Assembly: GCA_038212275.1 (NCBI GenBank)
Contig: JBBQUR010000023.1
Coordinates: 15,417-79,416, forward strand
Source: Planctomycetota bacterium
Lineage (GTDB): Bacteria; Planctomycetota; B15-G4
Direction: 5' to 3'
Length of the DNA stretch: 64,000 nucleotides
The position numbers and the translations under genes are program-made. Each line of letters opens with the position of its first letter. The first letter of the stretch is position 1. Shown in pieces: positions 21,848 through 30,420 of this stretch. Below the pieces are notes generated by a model, which made no database searches, was not told where the DNA came from, and was given only the letters and a program-made list of their open reading frames with translations.

Positions 21848-22861
21848 TCAGTTCCCGTTGCACTCGTAGCAGACGTCGATCAGCTCCGCCGTGCAGGTTG
21901 GCGACTGCACACCACCGAACAGCGTGCCGAGCGCATCGACAACCCCGTGCCTGGCCTGGGCCTGCAGCGACAGCGTCGCGTGGCCGGCGGTCGGCTCGGT
22001 CTCGGCGTCGGTGTCCAGCAGGGCGAAGGCCACGTAGACCGTGGTGCACTCGCCGGGCGCCAGGACCGAGGTCGTGGCCGGCGTGCTGGCGCTCCAGAGC
22101 TTTCCGGCAGGCGCCGAGCTCGCGAGCTCGAAGCTCAGCGCCGTCTCGCTGCCGCCGGCGTTGCAGGCCGTGATCACCGCGATGAAGGTGCTGGTGATGC
22201 CGGGCACGATCTGCACGACGGACATCCGGCACGCGCCGGAGGGCAGCCCTGGGATGTGATCGATGCCGAGCAGGCGTGCCGATCCGATGCTCGGCCCGGC
22301 CACTTCGATCACCAGGTTCGAGATGCCCAGCGGCTTGCCGTCGGGCGTGGTGAGTTCGACCTGCACGAGCTGCAGGCCCGCCGACTCGGCGCGGAACTCT
22401 GCCCTCGAGTGGAAGTTGCCGAGCTCGACCTCCCGCGCGCCGGTCCAGCGCACGAGGTGCGGCTGCGCGAGCGAGATTTCGAGCAGCACGCGCTCACCGA
22501 GCTGCACGGTGATCTGCGAGGGCGCGACCTTCCACGTGACCGCGGGGGCGTCCAGCCGGGCGATCAGGAGTTGCGCGCCGGCGCCGAAGTGCCTGGACGG
22601 CGAGCCCGCGTGGACGAGATCGCCCTCGAAGGTCGGCTCGACCCCGTACGCGCCGGGCCCTTCGTCCACGAGGAGCGACGCATTCGCCTCGCCGGGCACC
22701 GTACTGACCGCACCAGCGAGGGGGGAGGCCGGCCCGACTCCTCCCGCTCCGAGCTGCGCGGCCAGTGCGCCCGGACCGGCCACGACCAGCACGGCAAGAG
22801 AGAGCGTGTACAACGGCAATTGCAGAGTCTTCAGCGTCTTCAGCGTCTTCAGCGTTTTCAT
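21848..22861 (-). CDS. Secreted hypothetical protein with Ig-like beta domains
   Basis: MKTLKTLKTLKTLQ followed by a hydrophobic signal. Ig-like motif LAPGECTTVYV. Ends in CYECNGN. Confidence 0.7.
   Translation of the reverse strand: MKTLKTLKTLKTLQLPLYTLSLAVLVVAGPGALAAQLGAGGVGPASPLAGAVSTVPGEANASLLVDEGPGAYGVEPTFEGDLVHAGSPSRHFGAGAQLLIARLDAPAVTWKVAPSQITVQLGERVLLEISLAQPHLVRWTGAREVELGNFHSRAEFRAESAGLQLVQVELTTPDGKPLGISNLVIEVAGPSIGSARLLGIDHIPGLPSGACRMSVVQIVPGITSTFIAVITACNAGGSETALSFELASSAPAGKLWSASTPATTSVLAPGECTTVYVAFALLDTDAETEPTAGHATLSLQAQARHGVVDALGTLFGGVQSPTCTAELIDVCYECNGN
22823..22858 (-). repeat. 9-bp tandem repeat x4 encoding (KTL)4 in the signal-peptide n-region
   Basis: CAGCGTCTT-type units on the + strand, read directly. 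Confidence 0.9.
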
Positions 22862-23066
22862 GGCTGGTTTCCTGCCTTTCCTCGACGGTCCCCTGTGACA
22901 CCGCGCGCAGGTGCGCGCTCTGACTTCCTGAGCGAGATCGAGGCGCCACACGCACCGCCGAACGGCCCCGTCGCCTCAGGATTTCACGGCGTCACACGGC
23001 CTTCACATGCCGGGCACGAAGCGTCGAAGAAGGGGCTTTGCCCCCGCTCACCCTTGATGGAGATCC

Positions 23067-23720
23067 GTGATGAAGCAAGCCGCCCTGCTCTTTGCCCTGT
23101 GTGCCCTCACCGCCCCCGCGGCGGTCGGCCAGCAGTCCACGATCGACGTGCAGGCTTCCGGGCGCAACGTGTCGCTGCCCGTGCAGATCACCCCGGCTTC
23201 CAGCGAGAAGATCGCGCACGCCGCGGCCGAGCGTGCCGCGGAGCCCGACGGCGTGATGATCGTTCCGATTCCCGAGTCGAACTACGTGCTCCGCACCGAG
23301 AAGTTCAATGCGACGGGTCACGTCACCACGATGACTCCCGCAGACGCCCAGAGCCCGAACACGCTCTTCTCCGACAGCATCTGCACGACGCGCTGGAACG
23401 CGGGCAACACGGCGCACAGCCTCGTGTCCACGCTCGGCAAGGACGAGAACATGTCGACGTGGTCCAATCGGCACAACGAGGCGCTGATGTTGATCACCGC
23501 CATCTACCCGCCGACGGGCAACAACGCCGCCACGCCGGCGACGACCACGCAGGACGCTGCGGGAAATCGCGACATCGCGAAGACGCCGTGGACGGATGCG
23601 TCGGGCAACACGAACGAAGTCGCGACCAAGCGCCGCGACAACGAAGACAAGGATGCGTGGATGGCCCGCCATCAGCAGGCCGTGAAGGCCTTCGCGGCCG
23701 TGATGCCGCCAAAGGCCTGA
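23067..23720 (+). CDS. Secreted hypothetical protein with an internally duplicated W...GN...T...E...W..RH..A...PP motif
   Basis: Signal peptide MKQAALLFALCALTAPAAVG-Q, GGAG RBS, and two ~43-aa related segments. Confidence 0.75.
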   Translation: MMKQAALLFALCALTAPAAVGQQSTIDVQASGRNVSLPVQITPASSEKIAHAAAERAAEPDGVMIVPIPESNYVLRTEKFNATGHVTTMTPADAQSPNTLFSDSICTTRWNAGNTAHSLVSTLGKDENMSTWSNRHNEALMLITAIYPPTGNNAATPATTTQDAAGNRDIAKTPWTDASGNTNEVATKRRDNEDKDAWMARHQQAVKAFAAVMPPKA

Positions 23721-23828
23721 CCGGACGCGCGCGCGCTCGCCGGGCCCCGCCACGCGCGGACCCGGCGGGCGCGGGCGTGGCACTGCTCGCCCCTTCGAGC
23801 GGCCCGGCGCTCCGCTGAACGGCGGCCG

Positions 23829-25304
23829 TCAGCGCGCTTTGCGCGTGCGGCGACCGATGCCGCCGATGCCCGTCGAGCGTGGCGCCGGATGGCTGCCGTA
23901 ACCGCCGCCGGCGGATTGCCCGGCGCTCTTGCCGTGGCTCGCGCCCTGCCCCGGACCGCGACCACCGCCGCGCTGGCCGCCGCCACCGCCGGCGCGCCGG
24001 CTCAGCGTGCCGGCGCCGGCGCCGTCACGGCCTCGCGATCCGCCGCCACCACCGCCACCGCCTCCACGACCTCCGCGTCCCCCGCCGCTGGCTCGCTCCT
24101 CGACGCGCCGGGCGCGCATCGCCGCGAGCCGCTCCTCCAGCGGAATCTCCAGCTTCTCGGCCTTGGCGGCGTAGTCGAAGTCCGGCACGGTGACGCGCGG
24201 GAGCGTCTTCTTCACCGCGCGCTCGATGTCGCGCAGCAGCGGCTCCTCGGCCTTGCTCACGAAGGTGAAAGCCTCGCCCGTGGCCGAGGCCCGGCCCGTG
24301 CGGCCGACGCGATGGATGTAGTCCTCGGGCGCCGCCGGCACGTCGAAGTTCACGACGTGGCCGAGCTCCTCGACGTCGATGCCGCGCGCCGCAATGTCGG
24401 TGGCGACGAGCACGCGGTAGCGGCCGCTCTTGAAGCCCTCCAGCGCCTGCGTGCGCTGGCCCTGGCTGCGGTTGCCGTGGATGCGCTCGGCGCGGATGCC
24501 GTGGTTCACGAGGAACTTGCAGAGCCGGTCGGCGCGGTGCTTGGTGCGCGTGAAGACCAGCGCCTGCTCCATGTCGCCGCGCTTGAGAATCGCGACGAGC
24601 AGGGCGGACTTGGCCTCCTGCGCGACCGGGTACACGGCCTGCGTGATGCCCACGGCCGGCGCCGAGCTGCGCTGCAGGTTGAGGCGCACGGGGTCCTTCA
24701 GCATCTCGTTGGAGAGCGCCGCGATCGGACCCGGCATCGTCGCGCTGAAGAAAAGCGTCTGGCGCTTGGTCGGAAGCTGCTTGAGGATGCGGCGGATGTC
24801 GGGCAGGAAGCCCATGTCCAGCATGCGGTCAGCCTCGTCGAGCACGAGGAACTGCACGCCGCCCAGCTTGGCGTACGGCATGCGCATGTGATCGAGCAGG
24901 CGGCCCGGCGTGGCGACGATGACATCCATGCCGCTGCGCAGTGCGTGCTCCTGCGGCCCCATGCCCACGCCGCCGATGATCGACGCCGCGGTGACGGGCG
25001 TGTGCGCCGCGAGGTCGTTGAGGTCCTCGACGATCTGCACTGCGAGTTCGCGCGTCGGCGTGAGCACGAGCGCACGCGTCGTGCCGCGCTTGCAATCGAT
25101 GAGCTTCTGCAGGATGGGCAGCAGGAAGGCTGCGGTCTTGCCGCTGCCCGTCATCGCGCAGGCGAGAACGTCCTTGCCCGCGAGGCCAGGCGGGATGGCC
25201 TCGGCCTGGATGGGAGTCGGGCGGGTGAAGCCCAGCTCGTGCACGGCGGAGAGAAGGCTGGGATGGAGCTTGAGATCAGTGAAAGACGGCTCTGTGAGCG
25301 ACAC
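23829..25304 (-). CDS. rhlE: DEAD-box RNA helicase (RhlE-like)
   Basis: Q motif (FTRPTPIQ), TGSGKT, PTRELA, DEAD, SAT and HRVGRTGR, plus an RGG-rich tail. Confidence 0.92.
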   Translation of the reverse strand: MSLTEPSFTDLKLHPSLLSAVHELGFTRPTPIQAEAIPPGLAGKDVLACAMTGSGKTAAFLLPILQKLIDCKRGTTRALVLTPTRELAVQIVEDLNDLAAHTPVTAASIIGGVGMGPQEHALRSGMDVIVATPGRLLDHMRMPYAKLGGVQFLVLDEADRMLDMGFLPDIRRILKQLPTKRQTLFFSATMPGPIAALSNEMLKDPVRLNLQRSSAPAVGITQAVYPVAQEAKSALLVAILKRGDMEQALVFTRTKHRADRLCKFLVNHGIRAERIHGNRSQGQRTQALEGFKSGRYRVLVATDIAARGIDVEELGHVVNFDVPAAPEDYIHRVGRTGRASATGEAFTFVSKAEEPLLRDIERAVKKTLPRVTVPDFDYAAKAEKLEIPLEERLAAMRARRVEERASGGGRGGRGGGGGGGGGSRGRDGAGAGTLSRRAGGGGGQRGGGRGPGQGASHGKSAGQSAGGGYGSHPAPRSTGIGGIGRRTRKAR

Positions 25305-25486
25305 GGAAGATCCTCGGAGACGCGCTGCCGGCTGGCATGAGCGAGGCGGCGCAACATGCGCGGCGGGACTCTCCGGTGCGTGAAGTGAAATGGTGTTCTG
25401 AACGACGCACTATCTCACAACGGGGCGTGCGGCGCGAGGGGCGCGAGAGGCGCGGTGCCTGCAGGAAGCGCCCGATGGGCCCGGAA

Positions 25487-25999
25487 TCACTCGCCATCGG
25501 CCCAGATGACGATGCGACGGCCGTGTGCGCCATGGTGGTCGAGCACGAGCCCGGGGCCGAAGGGCGCGAGATCCGGCAGCGCGACCTCCAGGCCGAGGCG
25601 CTTCTCGAGGGGATCCATCAAGGGCGTGGCGAGGCTCGCCTTCCAGCGCGCCACGTCGAGCACCCAGGCCGGCGTCGAGACGCGCACGAGTCGCGCGGGT
25701 TGCTCGTCCCAGAGCAGCCCGTGAACCCTCGCGATGCGCGCCGGATGCGCGGGCTCGCGCTCGTGGTGCACGTGCGCCGTGACGAGGCCGTCGTCACGCC
25801 GCTCGAGGTCCAGGTACTGCCGGCTTCCGGCGAAGCGCGCGAGCACGGCATCGAGTTCGGCCGTACCACCCGCCGGCTCGAGGTGCACGACGTCCATCGA
25901 CGATTGCATCAGCATCGCCGTGCCGATGCCGAGGCCGGCCAGCAGCACGAGGGCCAGGAAGCAGCCCAGTGCCTTCAGCGCGGAGCCGCGACGCACCAT
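25487..25999 (-). CDS. Hypothetical membrane-anchored protein
   Basis: N-terminal TM segment (LGCFLALVLLAGLGIG). Co-oriented between its neighbours. Confidence 0.6.
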   Translation of the reverse strand: MVRRGSALKALGCFLALVLLAGLGIGTAMLMQSSMDVVHLEPAGGTAELDAVLARFAGSRQYLDLERRDDGLVTAHVHHEREPAHPARIARVHGLLWDEQPARLVRVSTPAWVLDVARWKASLATPLMDPLEKRLGLEVALPDLAPFGPGLVLDHHGAHGRRIVIWADGE

Positions 26000-26003
26000 C
26001 GGC

Positions 26004-27119
26004 TCAGAACAGACCGCGCGGCTTGCGGTCCTTCGTGGCCACGGTGTACCCATTGAGGACGGCCGCCGGCTCGCTCACGAAGTCCGTCGCCTTCAGTCCG
26101 GTCACGTGGGTGCGCAGACCCTCGTTCACGAGGCAGGCCATGACGGCGAGTCCTTCGGCCGTCGGGTGCAGCTTGTCCGCCTGCAGATAGCGTGACTCCG
26201 CACAGGCAGGCAGCTTCAGCGCGCCGATCGTGATCTCCGTGCCCGCACGCATCTGCGCGATGGTCTCGACGAGGGGCACCACGATGACGCGCGGCCTCTC
26301 GGCAGCCCAGGCCTTCAGTCGCGCATTGAGAGCCACCAGCGTCTTCTGCGTCGGAACCTGCGACGCGTGCAGCATGAGGCCCACGGCGGGCGACATGTCG
26401 GGAAATTCGCTGATCACGATCGGGCAGGCAAAGCCGTCCAGGATCGCGAGACCCTGTTCGAGCAACGGGACACGCTCCTCCTCCGCCACATCGCCGTAGC
26501 CGTACCAGAAGAGGAAGTCGATGCCGATGAGGGCCGACGGCCGGTGCTCGGCCGCCTTCTTCACCAGCGACTTGCGACTCGAGTCGTTCATCATGAAGAA
26601 GAGCACGCTGCTGACGTCGAGAGGAGCCTCGTGCTCGGCTGCTATCGACGCCCCCATCGCGTCCGCGAGGCCTCCAGGCAAGCTGATGCCGCTGGATGCG
26701 CTCGCGCCCAGCACGACCAGCCGGCTCAGCACCCCGACGCCCGTCGTCGGCGCGTCCTTCTCCGTCGCCACGCGCTCGCCCACCGTGGCGGCCGTCACCG
26801 TGGACGCGGGCTCAGTCGCCTGCCTGGGTGCCACCGGCTTCGCGGGTGCCCCTGTCGGCTTGGGTGGTGCTGTCGGCGTGGGCGGTGCTGACTGATTCGG
26901 GGTCGAGACCGGCGCGGCCTGCACGAGACCCGCATGCGGCTGCCACGCTTCGCCTGCCGTGAGCAGCTCGGCGCGCACCTGCGGAGTCGCGACGAGACTC
27001 CACGCGAGCGCCGCGCACGTGACGCATGGGCCGAGCTTCGCGGCGCGCATCGCGGCGCGTACGGCGGCGCGTACGGCGGCGCAGACACCGATGACCGACC
27101 TTCCGTGAACGCTCCTCAT
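26004..27119 (-). CDS. SGNH/GDSL-hydrolase-like secreted protein
   Basis: Block I-like LVVLGASASSG, DKLHP (DxxH) and a Pro/Thr-rich linker. Start uncertain; alternative ATG at ~27050. Confidence 0.6.
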   Translation of the reverse strand: MRSVHGRSVIGVCAAVRAAVRAAMRAAKLGPCVTCAALAWSLVATPQVRAELLTAGEAWQPHAGLVQAAPVSTPNQSAPPTPTAPPKPTGAPAKPVAPRQATEPASTVTAATVGERVATEKDAPTTGVGVLSRLVVLGASASSGISLPGGLADAMGASIAAEHEAPLDVSSVLFFMMNDSSRKSLVKKAAEHRPSALIGIDFLFWYGYGDVAEEERVPLLEQGLAILDGFACPIVISEFPDMSPAVGLMLHASQVPTQKTLVALNARLKAWAAERPRVIVVPLVETIAQMRAGTEITIGALKLPACAESRYLQADKLHPTAEGLAVMACLVNEGLRTHVTGLKATDFVSEPAAVLNGYTVATKDRKPRGLF

Positions 27120-27316
27120 GATCCCGCTCCACCATCCTGCATGTCCGCCGGCCGGAAAGTCGCCGGCCACTCCACGCGCGCCGGAGTGTAACCGGCACGG
27201 CCGTCGCACGATGACGCGGCGCAGCTCGCGGAAGGCGAGCTCGAAGCGTGGCGCGACGAACGCGGAGCTCCGCTAGACTTGGCGCGCGCCGCCAACGCCC
27301 CCGCTCGGAGACCGCC

Positions 27317-28186
27317 ATGGATCGCCGCCAGTTTCTCGCCGTCTCAGCCGCCTCGATCGCCGCGGCGAGCTTCGGCCGCGCGTCGGCACGAGCGCTGCCC
27401 GCTGCCTCGCTGCGTGCGCCGCCCGCTCTCAAGGGACGCCTCAAGCACTCCGTCGCGCGCTGGTGCTACGGCGGCATCCCGCTCGATGAACTCTGCACGC
27501 GCGCCGCGGCGATGGGCATCACGTCCATCGAGATCCTCGACGAGCCGGAGTGGGCCGTCGTCGCCAGTCACGGGCTCACCTGCGCCGTCGCCAACGGGCC
27601 GGGCTCCATCCCGAAGGGCTGGAACAGGCTGGAGCATCACGACGCGCTCGTCGCGCGCAGCAACGAACTGCTGCCGAAGATCGCCGCGGCCGGCATCCCG
27701 AACATGATCGTGTTCTCGGGCAATCGCGACGGGCAGCCGGACGAGGAGGGCATCGCCCATTGCATCACGGGCCTCAAGCGCATCATGCCGCTGGCCGAGG
27801 AACTCGGCGTGACCGTGGTGCTGGAGTACCTGAACAGCAAGGTCGACCACGGCGACTACCAGTTCGACCACATGGCCTTCGGCGTCGCGGTCATCGAGGG
27901 CGTCGCCTCGCCGCGCTGCAAGATCCTCTACGACATCTATCACGCGCAGATCATGGAGGGCGACGTGATCCGCACGATCCGCGACCACATCGCCCACATC
28001 GGGCACTTCCACACCGGCGGCGTGCCGGGCCGCCACGAGATCGACGACACGCAGGAGCTGAACTACGGCGCCGTGTGCCGCGCGATCGCCGACACCGGCT
28101 ACACCGGCTTCGTCGCGCAGGAGTTCGTGCCGACGCGCGACCCGCTGACCAGCCTCGCACAAGCCATCGCCATCTGCGACGCCTGA
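27317..28186 (+). CDS. Tat-exported hydroxypyruvate isomerase family TIM-barrel protein
   Basis: Twin-arginine signal MDRRQFL. Motifs EYLNSKVDH, LYDIYHAQIMEGD, HFHTGGVPGRHE and QEF. Confidence 0.9.
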   Translation: MDRRQFLAVSAASIAAASFGRASARALPAASLRAPPALKGRLKHSVARWCYGGIPLDELCTRAAAMGITSIEILDEPEWAVVASHGLTCAVANGPGSIPKGWNRLEHHDALVARSNELLPKIAAAGIPNMIVFSGNRDGQPDEEGIAHCITGLKRIMPLAEELGVTVVLEYLNSKVDHGDYQFDHMAFGVAVIEGVASPRCKILYDIYHAQIMEGDVIRTIRDHIAHIGHFHTGGVPGRHEIDDTQELNYGAVCRAIADTGYTGFVAQEFVPTRDPLTSLAQAIAICDA

Positions 28187-28216
28187 CGACGGGGCGCGCT
28201 TCGCCACGAGCCGCTC

Positions 28217-28273
28217 GGCATCGCGCCTGTGGCATCGCGCCTGTGGCATCGCGCCTGTCGGCATCGCGCCGGT
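28217..28273 (+). repeat. 14-bp tandem repeat (GGCATCGCGCCTGT) x4
   Basis: Three exact copies and one degenerate copy; intergenic. Confidence 0.85.
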
Positions 28274-28398
28274 GGCTGTCGCGGACGCGGGCTCGAACGC
28301 GGACTTCCATGACGGAATCCCGGTCGTCACGACCGCAGGGCGACTCCTAACCTGCGTGCCTCGGAGGACCGAGATCGCCACGCGTGGAGAAACCCGTC

Positions 28399-29763
28399 AT
28401 GCTGCCCGCCATGTCCGCCAGGTCCGGAAGATCCCCAGCCGCCTCGGTCACGCGAAGCGCCGCTCCCACGAGAGGCGCCGCGGTGACGCCAGGCGCTGCG
28501 TCCGCGCCAGGCGCTGCGTCCGCGCCGGGCGCTGCGTCCGCGCCGGGCGCCGCATCCGCGCCGGGCGCTGCGGTCGCGCCAGGCGGGCCGTCCGCGCCAG
28601 ACGCACGGGTCGGGTCGCGGGCGGCGGCCACGCTGCCGCCGCACGCGGAGATGGTGGCTGCGTACATGGCCGGCGACCGCAGCTACGACGGTGTCTTCCT
28701 CACCGGCGTGCGCACGACCGGCATCTTCTGCCGGCCGACCTGCCCGGCTCGCAAGCCGCGGCCCGAGAACGTGGAGTTCTTCCGCAGCAGCCAGGAGGCG
28801 CTGGCCGCGGGCTATCGCGCGTGCCTGCGCTGCCATCCCATGGACATGCCCGGCGCGCCGCGGCCCGGACCCGACACGGACGCGATGCTGGCTCTCGTCG
28901 CCGAAGCGGAGAGCCAGCCCGAACGGCGCTGGCGCGAGCGCGATCTCATCGCGCGCGGCCTGAATCCCGACCGCGTGCGACGCTGGTTCGTCGCGCAGCA
29001 CGGGATGAGCTTTCACGCGTGGCAGCGGGCGCGGCGGCTGGGGCGTGCGCTCTCGCAACTGCGCGCCGGCAGCGGTGTGCTCCCCGCGGCGCTCGACGCG
29101 GGATTTGACTCGATGAGCGGCTTCTCCGACGCGCTCCGGCAGCTAGTCGGCAGCAGCCCGGCGCGCGCGCGCGGCACGACGATCGTGCACCTGCAGCGCC
29201 TGCCCACGCCACTCGGGCCGTTGCTCGCTGGAGCCACCGACGAAGGCGTGCTGCTGCTGGAGTTCACGGACCGGCGCATGCTCGAGCGGCAACTGAAAAC
29301 GCTGCACCGGCGCCTGAACTGCGCCTTCGTGCCGGGAAGCAGCGCGCCGCTGGCGCAGCTCGCCGCCGAACTCGAGGCCTACTTCGCGGGTGAGCCCGTC
29401 TCGTTCCGCGTGCCGCTGCTGCTGCCGGGCAGCGACTTCCAGCGCGAGGTCTGGGCGCAGTTGCAGACCATCCCGCGCGGAGCAACGGCCAGCTACGCGG
29501 AGGTCGCACGCGCCATCGGCCGGCCTGCCGCGGTGCGCGCCGTGGCGCGAGCCAACGGTGACAATCGCATCGCCATTCTGGTGCCATGCCACCGCGTGAT
29601 CGGCAGCGACGGCCAGCTCACCGGCTACGGCGGCGGACTGTGGCGCAAGCGCTGGCTGCTGGAACTCGAAGGGCACGCCGGACTCGTGCCGCTCACGCAG
29701 CAACCCCGAACAGCGTGCCGACGAAGTACGTGGCGCCCATCGCGAGCGCGCCCCACACCGTGA
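28399..29763 (+). CDS. ada: Bifunctional Ada: Zn-binding methylphosphotriester repair domain, AraC HTH and O6-methylguanine methyltransferase
   Basis: GVRTTGIFCRPTC...GYRACLRCHP, HTH (GFDSMSGF) and active site PCHRV. Start uncertain (28384, 28399 or 28411). Confidence 0.9.
   Translation: MLPAMSARSGRSPAASVTRSAAPTRGAAVTPGAASAPGAASAPGAASAPGAASAPGAAVAPGGPSAPDARVGSRAAATLPPHAEMVAAYMAGDRSYDGVFLTGVRTTGIFCRPTCPARKPRPENVEFFRSSQEALAAGYRACLRCHPMDMPGAPRPGPDTDAMLALVAEAESQPERRWRERDLIARGLNPDRVRRWFVAQHGMSFHAWQRARRLGRALSQLRAGSGVLPAALDAGFDSMSGFSDALRQLVGSSPARARGTTIVHLQRLPTPLGPLLAGATDEGVLLLEFTDRRMLERQLKTLHRRLNCAFVPGSSAPLAQLAAELEAYFAGEPVSFRVPLLLPGSDFQREVWAQLQTIPRGATASYAEVARAIGRPAAVRAVARANGDNRIAILVPCHRVIGSDGQLTGYGGGLWRKRWLLELEGHAGLVPLTQQPRTACRRSTWRPSRARPTP
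28487..28600 (+). repeat. 18-bp tandem repeat (~6 copies) encoding APGAAS in the Ada N-terminus
   Basis: CGCCAGGCGCTGCGTCCG units, read directly. Confidence 0.9.
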
Positions 29764-30382
29764 CGCGCAGCGCACCGACCGATGCCCGCGCACCGCCGAC
29801 GCGCGCCGCGACAGCGCCCATGACCGCGAGGAACACGACCGACGTCGCGACGACCCACATGGCCAGCGCACCCTCGGGTGCGAGGGACGCGGCCAGCAGG
29901 GGCATCGCCGCACCGACCGAAAACGTGCCGGCCGAGGCGAGCGCGGCCTGCACCGGGCGGGCTCGCTGCCCGTCGCTGATGCCGAGCTCGTCGCGCGCAT
30001 GAGCCGCCAGCGCATCGTGCGTCGTGAGCTGGTCCGCGACCTGTTGCGCGAGTGCCGGCTGCAGTCCGCGCTTCACGTAGATCCCGGCGAGTTCCGCGCG
30101 CTCGGAGTCCGGCTCGGTCGCGAGCTCGGCACGCTCGCGGTTCAGGTCCGCCTCTTCCGTGTCGGCCTGCGAGCTGACGGAGACGTACTCGCCCGCGGCC
30201 ATGGACATCGCCCCGGCGACCAGCCCCGCGACGCCCGCGACGAGGACCGAGCTGCGGCCCGCCTGTGCCGCCGCCACGCCGACCACGAGACTCGCGGTGG
30301 ACACGATGCCGTCGTTGGCGCCCATGACGGCGGCGCGCAACCAGCCGATGCGTTCCGAGCGGTGTCGTTCTCTGTGGCGCAT
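29693..30382 (-). CDS. VIT1/CCC1 family Fe/Mn transporter
   Basis: Motifs LRAAVMGANDG, SMAAGEYVSVSSQ, HARDELG and PVQAALAS. Confidence 0.93.
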   Translation of the reverse strand: MRHRERHRSERIGWLRAAVMGANDGIVSTASLVVGVAAAQAGRSSVLVAGVAGLVAGAMSMAAGEYVSVSSQADTEEADLNRERAELATEPDSERAELAGIYVKRGLQPALAQQVADQLTTHDALAAHARDELGISDGQRARPVQAALASAGTFSVGAAMPLLAASLAPEGALAMWVVATSVVFLAVMGAVAARVGGARASVGALRVTVWGALAMGATYFVGTLFGVAA

Positions 30383-30420
30383 GGGCCTCTCCCTCCCCAG
30401 GGCGCCGCGTGTCGCGCCGT

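Noticed and set aside
28217..28273. Possible CRISPR array (also the arrays at 15846, 28487 and 45536)
   Set aside because: The units are contiguous 10-18 bp tandem repeats with no unique spacers, and there are no cas genes in the window.
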